The notes under the pieces are model-generated. The model ran no database searches. It was given only the letters and a program-made list of their open reading frames with translations, and was not told where the DNA came from. A stretch of DNA of 64,000 nt from Cyanophora paradoxa CCMP329 (Eukaryota > Plantae > Glaucophyta): NCBI GenBank assembly GCA_004431415.1, contig QPMI01000165.1, forward strand, positions 1-64,000. The letters run 5' to 3'. Position 1 is the first letter of the stretch. Each line of letters starts with the position of its first letter. Of the stretch, positions 32,528 through 43,354 are shown in pieces. The translations under genes and the position numbers were made by a program.

Positions 32528-32794
32528 ATGTCGAATATATACCAAATGGCTCTCTCAGATATTGAAAAGTTGGGAATGGAATATTGCGCTGCTTCTGTTC
32601 AGGATTGGATTGATAATGTTGTTCATAACAGGGCAAGAATCGCAATTGATGATATTGTTCAGAAAGAGATTCAATCTTGCATCTCATCAGGAGTTCAGAT
32701 ACCAACATCAAAAGAAGCCATTGTTTTACAGGCATTCCAAAGGGGAACTGTAAAGAAAGGCATCGAGTATAATAATGTCACAGAAGGACAATGA
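32528..32794 (+). CDS. Small fibre-associated protein
   Basis: QDWIDNVVHNRARIAIDDIV; four homologues in the window. Confidence 0.85.
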   Translation: MSNIYQMALSDIEKLGMEYCAASVQDWIDNVVHNRARIAIDDIVQKEIQSCISSGVQIPTSKEAIVLQAFQRGTVKKGIEYNNVTEGQ

Positions 32795-32829
32795 ACATTA
32801 TTTTTCTTTCCTTCTTAGTAAAAGAAGCA

Positions 32830-33672
32830 ATGGGTGAATATAATCGTGTGCAATTGCCCGTTTACGCTTTGGGATCGCCCGCCGTCCACTTTCGACAACA
32901 CGAGGTAGCCGACGAAATTCGCGGTGTGGAATCTACGGAGCGCGCCAATTCCGCGAATGCATTCGATAAAAACAGTATGGTACGTGTGAAAGAACTACGA
33001 GCCGATAAGAATTCGGGAGTTGTTAAAACTACTCAACTTCTCGTAACAAATGCGAATTTCAACGCGGGTATTGGGCAACCAGACGCATGGGGTGTAGATA
33101 TTCGAACGTTAGATTTTGACGGAGAACGTGCCGCCGCTGTTGTCCGATCGGGAGGCGCTGTTATTGGTGGCGGCTGTCGTGTGTCGGGTATGCTTGCATC
33201 CTCCGTTGCTGTTACCGATATTCCCGATACTCTACCTGAGCATGCGGACAATCCGCAACGTATCCGTATGTACACTCCATGTGGAGACTATCCATATGTG
33301 TTTGGAATGGTTAGAGTTGGGGTAGATAACGTAAATGCAACACAACCCGATGGAATTATGGGTAATTGGTTATTACCAAATATTGCTATTCCTAAATCTA
33401 TTGAGTCTATATGTCGTTCACAAAATGGTATTATTGGTCCGGCTTATACTTTCTTTGTTCAGGGAATCAGACGCGGTAGAGGTTGGGTCGAATTTGACAA
33501 CCAGAACCCCGCAACGTTCAATGTTTGGACGACAGAAGTAGGAGGTTATGATATTCTCATTTTCGGAATGCGAACAGATCCAGCCGCTGTGGCGGCTACA
33601 CGTGGTCTCAATCCTGATAACAACATAAATAACTTCTACGATGATCCGTTCCCAGGTGATCCCACACCATAA
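32830..33672 (+). CDS. Fibre-family paralogue (shared N-terminal domain, non-C1q C-terminus)
   Basis: Likely start MGEYNRVQ; RVKELRADK...SGGAVIG; homologue at 59770..60615. Confidence 0.8.
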   Translation: MGEYNRVQLPVYALGSPAVHFRQHEVADEIRGVESTERANSANAFDKNSMVRVKELRADKNSGVVKTTQLLVTNANFNAGIGQPDAWGVDIRTLDFDGERAAAVVRSGGAVIGGGCRVSGMLASSVAVTDIPDTLPEHADNPQRIRMYTPCGDYPYVFGMVRVGVDNVNATQPDGIMGNWLLPNIAIPKSIESICRSQNGIIGPAYTFFVQGIRRGRGWVEFDNQNPATFNVWTTEVGGYDILIFGMRTDPAAVAATRGLNPDNNINNFYDDPFPGDPTP

Positions 33673-33691
33673 TTATGTTTTAATATATTAA

Positions 33692-34537
33692 ATGGCGGCA
33701 CCTGCTCCACCTGAACGCATCTTAACAGCGCAACTTTCATTAGCCGCGCCGGCAAATCACGTATTACAACATGCCGTTATCGATAATGTCGATGGTCTCG
33801 AATCTACCGAACTTGCACCAACTCTTAATACTTTCGGTGATACACACAAACTGCGACTCAAAGAGTTAAGATGTGACAAAAATAACGGAATCGTGAAAAC
33901 TACGAAACTCCTTGTAACAAATGCAAACTTTAACGCTTTTTATGGAGATCCAGATAGTTACAATGATGATAACAAGGTAACAAACTTTGCTTATGAATCG
34001 AGAAACGGAGCAATTAAATGTAGATCGGGAGGCGCTTACATTGGTGATGGTCTGAGAGTGGGTGGTATCGTGGGAGCGCCTCTAATCGTAAATGATCAAC
34101 CAAATCCCGATGATGAGAACACACGTATTAGGACATATTGCCCAGGTATGAATGAACCTTACATTATTAAAATTTACACGATTATTATTAGTTTACAAAC
34201 AGCGGTAGCTGATGTTTTAGAACCGTTGGGAAATCATTATAGATATAGAGACACGATACCAGAGGACATTTACGCATTATGTAGAAGAACCGACGGAGCA
34301 AGACCACGCCTTACGATACATATTATCCCCATAGATAATTTCGGTCAAGCGTTTCACTCAATACCTCTTTTAGATACACAAGATAACCAATTTATAATAA
34401 GAGCTACACAACTTGGAAATTATCGAGTCATTATGTATGCCGAAAGAAACGACGCAATTGCAACAGCTAACCGATTCGGTCAATATCTTAATACCAATCT
34501 ATACAATCCCGTCGGCGGTAGTGATCCGCTACCATAA
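33692..34537 (+). CDS. Fibre-family paralogue
   Basis: RLKELRCDK...SGGAYIG; homologue at 58910..59746. Confidence 0.8.
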   Translation: MAAPAPPERILTAQLSLAAPANHVLQHAVIDNVDGLESTELAPTLNTFGDTHKLRLKELRCDKNNGIVKTTKLLVTNANFNAFYGDPDSYNDDNKVTNFAYESRNGAIKCRSGGAYIGDGLRVGGIVGAPLIVNDQPNPDDENTRIRTYCPGMNEPYIIKIYTIIISLQTAVADVLEPLGNHYRYRDTIPEDIYALCRRTDGARPRLTIHIIPIDNFGQAFHSIPLLDTQDNQFIIRATQLGNYRVIMYAERNDAIATANRFGQYLNTNLYNPVGGSDPLP

Positions 34538-34558
34538 ATCTACGGTATATATAGAGGA

Positions 34559-34831
34559 ATGGATGAAAAAACAAGAAAGTTTATAGATACCGCTATGTCA
34601 GTCCATGGTAAGGATAAATTTGATTATAGCGACACTGTTTATAAGAAAGCGCAAGAAAAGGTATCTGTTAGATGCCTACAATGTAATAAAACGTTCCAAA
34701 CCTACGGATTTAATCACATTAAGGGGTCAGGTTGCCGACAGTGTTCTAAGAAACACTCACATGCATACAGAAAAAAAACTACATGGGGAATAGTAATAGA
34801 AGAGAAGCCAATTATGTTGTACTTTGATTGA
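34559..34831 (+). CDS. DUF723-like zinc-binding protein
   Basis: VHGKDKFDYS...CLQC...NHIKGSGCRQC; homologue at 58615..58887. Confidence 0.75.
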   Translation: MDEKTRKFIDTAMSVHGKDKFDYSDTVYKKAQEKVSVRCLQCNKTFQTYGFNHIKGSGCRQCSKKHSHAYRKKTTWGIVIEEKPIMLYFD

Positions 34832-35626
34832 TTTCGTAGTTAGTCATTATGAGATGGTTCCTTTTCTTTTTTGATATACCATACACTTTACCATATGTAT
34901 GTCGAATAAAGGGTTTAAATAGCAATTTCATTAATAAAGCATCATTAACAACCATCATAACTTTGCATTTCGCGGTCTTAAATAGATCTTCTAAATCCAA
35001 AAAGAATTTTTCCAAATCGAATTCTACATTTTCGTAAAAGTCATTATTGCTATTAACGTATGGAGGATCAAGAAATATGAATGCATCCTCATCATCTTTG
35101 TATTTCAACACAATATCCCGATAATCCCAAGAGATAAGTTCACATCTCGTAGGAAATCATCGTATGGTATCTTCTTTTTAAGAGTTGTATATGAACTCAC
35201 CTTAACGTTTCGTTTTTTGAAATCACGGAGGGTTTTAACATTTAAAACGCTGTTTTTAAGAAGATAGAAATTATGCGCTAAGTAATCTATTGCATCTTTA
35301 CGATCATGTTGTAGAAACTTCTTATAAACTTCTTTATGCTCTTCTATATTGCTTACTGCTTCGAACTGTTGAAGACTATCTAAAAGTTTTACTTTACTGT
35401 TTGGGTCTTTCATTGTATTCAAGAAAAGTATATGTGTTTCGTCGTTATCATTCATAAAGTAATCAAAACGTTCTTTATGCTTTTCCCAAAGATAGAAACT
35501 AAATGCACCTGAACCACAAAATGGTTCTATTATTTTATTTATGCCTTCTAAATCGATAAAAGGATTGATTGTATCCATTTCATTGTATTTATTACCTACA
35601 TATTTATGGTAAAAGTGAGTCTTCAT
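34812..35626 (-). pseudogene. Dam-like N6-adenine DNA methyltransferase with one frameshift near 35130
   Basis: YVGNK and EPFCGSGA in 35105..35626; FIFLDPPY in 34812..35111. A one-base shift joins them (SWDYRDIVLKY). Confidence 0.85.
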
Positions 35627-35846
35627 TTACCATAGATAGAGAAAAACAAATTACATATGTAGACGGGACAAAGGAATTAAGACTTTACCGGTTCTGTTTC
35701 TTGTGATTATGCAAGTATCGAAGCAATTCGGACATGTCTTATGATAGTAAACCATTATGATATCAACCAACTCATACGGGAATACTTTCGCTAAGATGGT
35801 TCGCATCCTACTAATTCCGTTTTTAATTTTTCTATATAATTCATAA

Positions 35847-36245
35847 ATGAATCATCGCGGATTCCATGTAATGTTAGATTACAAGTTCAACCATCCATTA
35901 ATGATAGGATTGGACAACTTAGAGACCACAACGAAGTGGTTAATGCAATTTTTTCAATCTATTATTCAAGAACAAGGTATCAGAGTAGTACACAAGCACT
36001 GCGAGATTTTCGATGGTGGTCTTTCACCTCCCGGTTTTGCTATGGTTCTTCTCCTTGATGAGAGTCATTTAACCGCTCATTGTTACTCAGATCAGGGAAT
36101 GTTAGCAATCGATATATTCACTTGTGGTACAGAAGCGGAGCATAAGACATCAGTAATAACGCAAATGATAGATGAGAGGATAACGTGTATGTTTAGCGGG
36201 TTGGAGAAAGCGGAGAAGCATATAGTAGCGCGATTTCCATGTTAA
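35847..36245 (+). CDS. speD: S-adenosylmethionine decarboxylase proenzyme (short prokaryotic-type family)
   Basis: GFHVMLD, LLLDESHLTAHCY (ESH autocleavage site), AIDIFTCG. Confidence 0.88.
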   Translation: MNHRGFHVMLDYKFNHPLMIGLDNLETTTKWLMQFFQSIIQEQGIRVVHKHCEIFDGGLSPPGFAMVLLLDESHLTAHCYSDQGMLAIDIFTCGTEAEHKTSVITQMIDERITCMFSGLEKAEKHIVARFPC

Positions 36246-37169
36246 TCTTACGTGAATCAGTAAGAAATGACACCCCACCCTACACCCCACCGTTACTATA
36301 ATCTATAACATCACCACCTTTATTTTTGCTATATATTAGATTGAAATTAACATATAAATAAGTGGTGGATGTATGAATTAATCGATAGGGTGGGAGGGTG
36401 GGGTGTGGTGGGGTCAAATTTCAAGAAAATTTTGAGCGGATCCCAAAAATAATTAATTTCAAAAACATGCCCACCAGACCCCACCGCCCCACCGCATCGA
36501 TAAATATATGATATGTTAGTATTAACACTCTAATACCAGAGAGATTACACCCAACCTGAACAGATCTAACGGTATTTACACCCAACCTGTACAGATCTAA
36601 CGGTATTTACATGTTAATTTCCGCTTCTATATCGTAGAGATTCCCACACTGAATTACGTAAGAGATTACACACCACCATACACCCAACCATTACCATAAC
36701 ACATAACATTTCCACTATTCAAATTGATATATATTAGATTGAAATTACCATATAATTAAGTGTGGAAGTATAAATTAATCGATAGGGTGGGGTGGTGGGG
36801 TGTGGTGGGGTCACTTTTCAGAAAAATTTAGAACGCCAAGACAATTATAGCAATTCGAAAAACAGACCCAACCAGACCCCACCGCCCCACCTTATCATTA
36901 AATGAATCACGCAGTAAATTGTAGTTGTTTACAATAAACGCAATCGGGATTATATCGGATTTACATTAAATATATCGCGATTATATCGAATTTGCATAAA
37001 AATTAATCGTGGTTATATCGAATTTATCATTTTCACATCGATAATTACATATAAATATGTATAATATCATGTTAAATTTATATAAAATATGTATTAACAC
37101 ACATAAAGATAAACGTATTTTTAACCTGAGCGGAACGCGAGGGTTAAAAATACGTTTATCTTTATGTGT
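36148..37169. repeat. Right TIR of element B (1022 bp), including the terminal hairpin 37099-37169
   Basis: Reverse complement of 8429-9452; followed by TSD CGCTAA. Confidence 0.95.
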
Positions 37170-39066
37170 CGCTAAGTGCGGATCGCTTGTAGTGCGTGAG
37201 AATTTCGCGCATGTTCGGGCTGTAATGTGAGATATTCGTCGCATTTAGTAGCGACTCGCGGAACCCCTTACCGATTTCACAGACCTTATTATAATACTCC
37301 TCTGTTTCGAAATCTTGCTCAATAAAGTGGTCTGTTGTGCGTGGATCTTTGATAGAGAACATCGAGCCATTGGCTTTGAATGTGATGCTGTCGATCTGTT
37401 TCGATGGTGTTAGCTTCACAGCGGGCTCATATCGCATTTTCAGGAACGTAAATAGAAGACCTTCCAGACCTTCGCGCCCAGTATACAGAATGCGAATGAA
37501 ACTGCGCTCGTCAGGCGATAGTTTTAATTGCGTGATCTTTAACAGATCCTTGGATGTGTGCGCGAAGATATCGTGAGTAAGACACGTCGGAATTTTATAG
37601 AGTGCTAACGAAGAGGTCGACTTAGGAACATGATTATCGAGCTCTTCGACCTCCATCTTTGCCATGCGCATTTCGAGCGACTTGATGTTATCGTTGAATA
37701 TATAGATGTGCTTGTTGTGAATCATAAAGTGAATATTGCGTGGAAAGATGTTTTTGTTAATTGATTCCGCCGCGAATTTGTATATTAACTTTCCGTCGAC
37801 ATCAAAGACGCGGAAGCCTGTCTGGATTCTCTTACAGAATTTCTCGATATGGCGGAGCGTGAGAGCCAGAGAGTCGCCAGGTGTGCGTTCACGACCGTGA
37901 AAGAATTTATAGAGACCGTCGTAGGACATAGTTAAGTCAGTATATCGCGGTTTTGGCGCCTCCTGACACTTCGTAATGGACTCTCCCCATGTGGAGATGA
38001 TCATATCATAGCCGCAAGCGTTAGATGTCGATGATTTGGGAAGCTCAATAACATCTTCGAACTCAGACGCGTTTGGATTTAATGTGTAGTCTGTGAATTT
38101 GCTCATAATCGCGGTGCATCGCATGCTGTCCATTAGCTCCTCATCCAGAAACTCATAGCGATTGCCAGGGATAGCACCGGCTCCGTCATCTTCGACACCT
38201 TCGTCCCCATAGATCACGACCTCATGAACAGTTATAAAGGCATCATCGACACTGCCGCCAAAATCATCGAAACCTTTGCGTAGTTTTTTCTGTTCCTCGG
38301 TTGGTGGTGTCTTAAAGAAGAACATCTCGTATGCTTGTCCGAAAGTTCCCAGACCAATCTTCAATTCATCGTAGTTTTCGAGTAAATCGAAGATTGAATC
38401 TCTCTCTTCCGAATAATAACGATTTTGAGCGGTGAGAATTCCATACACTCTATCGATTTTTGCCAGAGCAAAGTTTCTCAACACCCTCACCGAAACTGTC
38501 TCTCTTATATTCTGGTAGGTGACAAAGGTTTTGTCTTTTATATATGTTCCGGGAATTCCGGGAATAACAATTACCTCCGACGACCGAGCACCGGATCCGG
38601 GCGCCCATAGCTTGAACGTAATTGTTGCGAGAGTTTCCGGATCGTATGCGGCGATTGGGTCGAGAATATTGCGTTTTATCGCATCCTCTACCGCTTTTAC
38701 TTTACCTCTCTGCTGCTTCGCTTCGAGTTTCGCTTCTTTCGCTCGTTTCTGTTCTTGCTTGCGATCGAAGCGCTGTAAACGCTTAGCCTCTTGTTCTTTT
38801 TGCTTCTGCTTTTCTATATTAACTTGGGTGCGAGCGGCGCGCTTTTCTTTCCGCTCTGCCCTGCGGAAAACGCGGGGATTAATGATTCCATTCAGAGTAT
38901 CCCGAATGTCGATAAGCGTTTGGAGCTTGGGCTTCCTGTTCATCGTGCTGTTCATCGCCCAATGCGCCTGTTCTTCGGTTAGCAAATCCTGACTCAATCC
39001 CTGCATAATGTATCCGATAATCTCCTCCCGAACATTGTTAGCGATTCTGTTGGCTGCGCGCGGCAT
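37170..39066 (-). pseudogene. N-terminal part of element C PolB-helicase fusion
   Basis: Joins 8422 in frame after removing B and one TSD copy (...HYKRSALS|GYFYKPNPK...). NACGYDMI...HNKHIY is a possible OTU-like dyad. Confidence 0.88.
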
Positions 39067-39235
39067 CTCTATTAGTTCTTTTAAAATAACCGGAGAAAAT
39101 AATTTCGGCGCAATCTACCAAATCCTCCTTTTCATACCCTTGTCGCCAATTCTTTAAGTGCTTTTTTGACGGATACGGGGAATAAAAAGGGAGGTAAAAA
39201 ATTAATCATTTTTTGCATCGTACGGATACTTTCCG

Positions 39236-39649
39236 CTACGAATTTTTTGCGTTCTCGACGACATGCTTTCGGGGTCTCCCAGCGGGCTTTTGCGGCTGGG
39301 GCTTCACCGGCGGATTCAGCTTTCGTTCCGCTCTTTTTCTGCGTTGGTATTCCCGTGCCTTTTCCCTGATTTTCTCCCGATACTCTTCATCGTCTTGGTA
39401 TCGCTGCTGTTTACGAATTGCGATCTTTTGTAGCTGCTCCGGGGTAAATACGGTCGCTTCCCCTGCGGCTAATCGCTCTTGCTTTTGTCTCTGATGCTTG
39501 TTTCGCTGCCGCTCTGCATCTTTCTCGCGTTTTAGTCTTAATCTCTCCGCTTTCTCCTCTTCTGTGATCACCTTCTTCGGTCGCCCTGGTCTGCGCTTTT
39601 CTTGCTGTGCCGCCATTGCCTCTTGGTTTGAAATCTTGGGTTTCGCCAT
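39236..39649 (-). CDS. Small basic protein with two AT-hook-like motifs
   Basis: RRPGRPKK, KPAGRPRK, RYQDDEEYRE. Confidence 0.8.
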   Translation of the reverse strand: MAKPKISNQEAMAAQQEKRRPGRPKKVITEEEKAERLRLKREKDAERQRNKHQRQKQERLAAGEATVFTPEQLQKIAIRKQQRYQDDEEYREKIREKAREYQRRKRAERKLNPPVKPQPQKPAGRPRKHVVENAKNS

Positions 39650-39773
39650 TTACTATAACCGGAGAAAATAGTTTTTTGTCACTCTGTATTATTTCCCTTG
39701 CCCTTATATACCTTTTACCGAAACCTTCAATTTTTGCCCTCGGATCGATACAAGCGCCACCGAAATTCACCGC

Positions 39774-40187
39774 TCAATAACCGTTCCAGACGGTTCTTTC
39801 TTGTTGCTGAGGATATACATAAGGGTTTGTTAAGCTGTCATCGTCGCCTAATGCCATTTGATCCAATCTATACATCGGATAAGGTGAATCAGCGCGCAAA
39901 TGCCCTTCCACAAATTCAGGACATGATCGCCTTCTAATATGCTCTACATGCACATCCTCTATCTGAGAGGTCTCGATATTGGAACTCATAGCCGTGCGCA
40001 CAGGCGAGGGCGATCGAGATCGTGTGTGGTTGTGATTGTCGCTGTGGTTAGAATATACAGAAAGGCGCCTACCTCCATTCTCGTCGTCAGAAATATTAAC
40101 CTCTACGGTTGTGTCGCAACATCCGGATTTACAGTGAGAGATAAAGTGCAGATGAAACATCTCAATGCATTGTGTGATGAAATTCAT
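39774..40187 (-). CDS. Small Cys/His-rich protein
   Basis: Homologue of 15195..15413. Confidence 0.75.
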   Translation of the reverse strand: MNFITQCIEMFHLHFISHCKSGCCDTTVEVNISDDENGGRRLSVYSNHSDNHNHTRSRSPSPVRTAMSSNIETSQIEDVHVEHIRRRSCPEFVEGHLRADSPYPMYRLDQMALGDDDSLTNPYVYPQQQERTVWNGY

Positions 40188-40245
40188 CGACCCTACAATT
40201 GGGCAACGTATTAAATATCGGAGAAAATAAAAGGGAATGAGGGCT

Positions 40246-40392
40246 TTACTTGCTCGTGTGTTCCCCTACGAATTGGTCGACCTTATAATGCTGTTTATGG
40301 AGCCGACATGCCCGTTTTGCAAGGGCATTCATATTAAGACCCGCTCTAAATACGGGCGGGTTCAGCTTTGCCTTGCGGATATTCACAGCCAT
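40246..40392 (-). CDS. Possible 48-aa basic protein
   Basis: MAVNIRKAKLNPP...; ATG overlaps the upstream TAA (TAATG). Confidence 0.35.
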   Translation of the reverse strand: MAVNIRKAKLNPPVFRAGLNMNALAKRACRLHKQHYKVDQFVGEHTSK

Positions 40393-41074
40393 TAGCGGAT
40401 ATGGCGTTTACCACCGAGCATTGCGGCATAATTTGCTGGTGCGGTCGGCACTATATGTGCATATTGCGGGGCGACCGATTGCTGACGAGTTACGGCTTGC
40501 GCATCTGTCTTGTCCTCCTTTTTAATCTCCTCTACGTCGACCTTTTGCTTTAATCCGAGTTTCGAGATCTCTTTCTTTACGAGCCCTTTAATTTCTTGCG
40601 TTCGTTATAATCTTGCATCCATTTCTCGTAGTTTGACACTTTCATTTCAAGATCTCGCACTTTCTCTTCGAAGCTCATGACAACGTCGACTGGAACAGTG
40701 TGTTTTTGATAGGATCCGCGCTTTTTAAGCTCGGTTTCGGCGGCTTTCGGGACGTCTTGTGTCTTGTGCTGGCTTGCAACAACTTGCGCTTTGAGTACTT
40801 TGTCGGTTGCTTCATCAACAGAGCCGCCTCCAATCTGTGGTTTTACAGTAGCTAAATCCTCCATTTGTCGTTTACCGCTATCTTGGTTGCCCTTGTCCGC
40901 GGTGGCACTCGCAATAATCGCCTCTTGCTTGGCGACCTCTTCTGGCGAAGTGTCTACAAGATATTCGGGCATTTCGAGACCGCCACCCGACGTTAATCCA
41001 GACTCTTCAAGTCCGCGATTAGGATTACCAGAAGCGACCGTTTGTAGGGTTTGAGGCTTCTTTCGGTAGACCAT
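40392..41074 (-). CDS. Hypothetical charged protein; one frameshift near 40595
   Basis: Homologue of 14437..15168. The shifted frame continues EIKGLVKKEISKLGL, matching KIKEMLRKEVFRMGI. Confidence 0.7.
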
Positions 41075-41076
41075 GA

Positions 41077-41943
41077 TTATCTTCTCTTACATTTGATTAA
41101 CATTTTCTTTTTCTTAGGCGAAATTTGGGAAAGTTTGGGGATACCTTCAAGCTCACGTTCAAATTTGGATAAAGTTTTACAGACAGTTGTCGAATCTTTG
41201 ACAGGCGGCGGTTTTGTAGCTTGCTCCTCTTGCTGTTTGCGCTTCTTTTCTTCAAAAGCCGCCCGCTTGTGGAATTTAGTAAACGGGTGGTCATCGATCA
41301 TATCGGCTTTCTCTACCCACCATCGCACAGAATACCCGGTATTATCGTGAATGATCGCTTGGTAGCTATGACAGAATTCTTGGAACATGCGCTTGAAACT
41401 CTCTTTATCCATGTTCCCGAATTCCTCGTGATATGCTTCAAACTCTCGCATGTTTGACCAGCTTAGGAATATGATATACTCCGCATTGCTGCGAATGATC
41501 GTTGAAAGCTTTGTTAGTTTCTGCGATATTAAAGCCACGGAACAAAACGTATGACGACCTTGCGCCATCAATTTATTTAGCAAATGATCGCGCGAGAGAT
41601 CGATAGTTCCGGACTCCAAACAATCGTCGAGCACAATGAGAATATTCTTTGGTTTCTTACCCGCGATGATGGCTTTTTTGCGGGCTTCTATGATCGACTC
41701 TACATATTCCGGTTTCCAGGTATCATGCACTTCGTCTGTTATTTGACCCCAGAAACCGTTGAAACTCGTAGGACAGAAAACCAGAACATACGAGATCTGG
41801 TCTTCGAGTTCTTTGATCAGCCACTTTAAGAATACCGATTTACCACAATTGGTTTTCGCCAATAGGAGAAATCGTGCGGGAAGTTTCACCCTTTGTTTCG
41901 GGTTCCATTCTTCGAGATCCATGGGCGTCGTCCCTTTTTGCAT
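41077..41943 (-). CDS. A32/FtsK-like packaging ATPase
   Basis: AKTNCGKS, IVLDDC, QGRHTFCSVALISQ. Confidence 0.92.
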   Translation of the reverse strand: MQKGTTPMDLEEWNPKQRVKLPARFLLLAKTNCGKSVFLKWLIKELEDQISYVLVFCPTSFNGFWGQITDEVHDTWKPEYVESIIEARKKAIIAGKKPKNILIVLDDCLESGTIDLSRDHLLNKLMAQGRHTFCSVALISQKLTKLSTIIRSNAEYIIFLSWSNMREFEAYHEEFGNMDKESFKRMFQEFCHSYQAIIHDNTGYSVRWWVEKADMIDDHPFTKFHKRAAFEEKKRKQQEEQATKPPPVKDSTTVCKTLSKFERELEGIPKLSQISPKKKKMLIKCKRR

Positions 41944-41993
41944 TCTTTCACTATAAAAACAATAGAAAAATAAGACTGAATGTGGTCAATAGA

Positions 41994-43307
41994 CTAGGCG
42001 CTTACTCTTCGAAGACCGTCGCCTGTGACTATCATTATGTTATGAGCAAGGGCGATGCACTGAATTTGCATCTTCTGATATGCCGACGATGCATACCACT
42101 CCTCATTACCGACTCCACCGGCTGTGACACCATTGAATTCGAAGACCAGATCGAACGCCGATGTGCCTGTGGCATCGATGTAGCCCGTGTTCTCTTGGTT
42201 GAGAAGCGACGCCTTTCCGTTTCCAGCACCGAAGTAAATGCCAGAGAGAGCCGGGTAGCTTGTGCTCTCGGTGAAAATCGCCGAATTATATTTATCTTGA
42301 AGTTCGGTCGCGGCAATCATGAGAGGAAGCGAAGTATTCGAGTAGAGGCGGTTATTGTTGAGTTCCACATAGAAGCTTACAGCGTTGGTTCGGAGTGCAC
42401 GAGGAGCCAGAACCGAGAGAGTTCCGTTGTTCACCTTTGTCTTCGCGTTTTGGCGCACAGAGAATACGAGAGTGTGGATGAGACCCGCACCTGTGAGTTG
42501 CGAGAGATTGACTCGCGAACCGGAGGCGGTCGGCTGGAAATCTGTGTGGAGGAAACCGATTTCGTTGTAGGGGATCGCGATACCAGTCGATTTAACACGG
42601 GCAATGGTCTCAGATACAACCGCCTCATCGGCATTTACGACCTTGCAGATAATGCGGGGTTTCAGCACTTGAAGGGAAGCACCACTGTTTACGACCGAAA
42701 TATTGCCAACATTGTTTACATCCTCAATGATACCATCACCAATCGCCTTGAATTCGATTTCGACCACGATCTCAGAGTTCAGAGCGCAAAGTGGGAACAT
42801 CGCCTTCTCGAAAGGAGAGGGTAAATCGATTTCGTAGGTTCCACCGACAGTGTTACCAGCGGTTCCGACAAGACCACCCACATAGCGAAGTTTCTTATCG
42901 AGTTCGCCCTGTTCGGTCATCAGTAGAAAATACTGGGTGACGAAATCCTCTGGGACAACATAGCGGAATGAAGCGTGAGAGATTTCAATGCGCTTAATTA
43001 GCGATCCAATAACGCGAAGGTAGCCAGTAGTTCCAGCGACACCATTCGTGAGATCAGTGAGGGTGATCGGGTTAAGATCGAGTTGCAGCGCGAGACCATT
43101 CAGGAAATGGTAGCGGGGGATTTTGAAGACAACTCGGTTGCCGAGAGCGCTGGGTGGCTCAGTGTCGGGGGCGACCAGAACTCGAAGTGGCTTAGTGCCA
43201 GAGGACGTTCCAATGACCAGCGACTTGTTTAGGAAATAATCCTTGTAGTCATCGGTGGTGAGCATAGATTTCAGCGTTGGGCGCTGGAATTGGCTGTTAG
43301 TCTCCAT
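41994..43307 (-). CDS. Major capsid protein (putative double jelly-roll)
   Basis: Likely start METNSQ; RVVFKIPRYHFL; homologous along its length to 12164..13564. Confidence 0.78.
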   Translation of the reverse strand: METNSQFQRPTLKSMLTTDDYKDYFLNKSLVIGTSSGTKPLRVLVAPDTEPPSALGNRVVFKIPRYHFLNGLALQLDLNPITLTDLTNGVAGTTGYLRVIGSLIKRIEISHASFRYVVPEDFVTQYFLLMTEQGELDKKLRYVGGLVGTAGNTVGGTYEIDLPSPFEKAMFPLCALNSEIVVEIEFKAIGDGIIEDVNNVGNISVVNSGASLQVLKPRIICKVVNADEAVVSETIARVKSTGIAIPYNEIGFLHTDFQPTASGSRVNLSQLTGAGLIHTLVFSVRQNAKTKVNNGTLSVLAPRALRTNAVSFYVELNNNRLYSNTSLPLMIAATELQDKYNSAIFTESTSYPALSGIYFGAGNGKASLLNQENTGYIDATGTSAFDLVFEFNGVTAGGVGNEEWYASSAYQKMQIQCIALAHNIMIVTGDGLRRVSA

Positions 43308-43354
43308 GAGCGTTTCTTCTCTTATCTTTGGGATCAGAAAATAATTTACAGGGC

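Larger units (their letters stand above)
8429..37169 (+). mobile_element. Element B: complete endogenous Polinton-like virus, 28,741 bp
   Basis: TSD CGCTAA at 8423-8428 and 37170-37175; ~1.02-kb TIRs; capsid, ATPase, pPolB, primase-helicase and rve integrase genes. Confidence 0.96.

Noticed and set aside
26187-34537. Diversity-generating retroelement acting on fibre heads
   Set aside because: No reverse transcriptase or template repeat in complete element B, and differences between heads are not adenine-specific.
8429-37169. Nesting as an assembly artefact
   Set aside because: The exact 6-bp TSD and in-frame restoration of the interrupted gene support a real insertion.
41874-42824. 316-aa plus-strand ORF and similar antisense ORFs; long 5' extensions of 13296, 46447, 30319 and 63124
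   Set aside because: They overlap well-supported genes, and homologue comparison points to the downstream ATGs.
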